From Macrostomum lignano (Eukaryota), in NCBI GenBank assembly GCA_002269645.1, contig NIVC01001916.1, forward strand, positions 124,001-188,000: a stretch of 64,000 bases of DNA, given 5' to 3'. This document shows, piece after piece, positions 63,715 through 64,000 of this stretch. The stretch's first letter is position 1. The number at the start of each line of letters is the position of its first letter. A program made the translations under genes and the position numbers. The notes below the pieces were generated by a model, which worked only from the letters and a program-made list of their open reading frames with translations, searched no databases and was not told where the DNA came from.

Positions 63715-64000
63715 GTGTGGCGCCCCATCTGATGAAATGGCGCCCCTCAAATAAAAATGGCGCCCCTAGTCAATGAAATGGCGCCCCTACTCAATGAAAT
63801 GGCGTCCCTACTCAATGAAATGGCGCACCTACTCAATGAAATGGTGCCCCTACTCAATGAAATGGCGCCCCTACTCAATGAAATGGCGCCCCTACTCAAT
63901 GAAATGGCGCCCCTACTCCATGAAATGGCGTCCCTACTCAATGAAATGGCGCCCCTACTCCATGAAATGGCGTCCCTACTCAATGAAATGGCGCCCCTAC
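63715..64000. repeat. GGCGCC-core minisatellite (aatgaaatggcgcccctactc)n in MAGUK intron 2
   Basis: Tandem units running to the window end. Confidence 0.9.

Overview
Eukaryotic, intron-rich invertebrate genomic DNA. GC-rich exons and minisatellite-filled introns resemble the flatworm Macrostomum, which is an inference only. The window holds four complete host genes and the start of a fifth: MTR4/MTREX RNA helicase (+, 8 exons), an 11-beta-HSD-like short-chain dehydrogenase (+, 3 coding exons), an intronless secreted PAN/apple plus C-type-lectin-like protein (+), a ~1400-aa TRPM channel (-, 17 exons plus a likely mutually exclusive exon), and the 5' part of a p55/MPP MAGUK (+). Mobile DNA comprises a full-length LOA-like LINE with RNase H and a 12-bp TSD, a non-autonomous hAT element, a mariner relic, two ~2-kb solo-LTR-like elements, and a degenerate Tc1. 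The largest element is a 13.1-kb foldback-type unit (48689-61792) with ~4.4-kb terminal inverted repeats and an exact 8-bp TSD, lying between the head-to-head TRPM and MAGUK genes. The most unusual observations are: (1) this giant-TIR element; (2) a ~69-copy tandem amplification of an exon/5' splice-site junction in TRPM intron 2, plus several other intronic minisatellites built around CAG|GT motifs; (3) a four-unit array of LTR-end plus tRNA-Leu PBS-like motifs with unrelated spacers at ~1.1-1.3 kb; (4) a 7-fold tandem duplication of a start codon region. Single-base deletions break MTR4, TRPM and the LINE ORF2; at least the two in host genes are probably sequencing errors. All exon structures were traced by hand from splice signals and reading phase.
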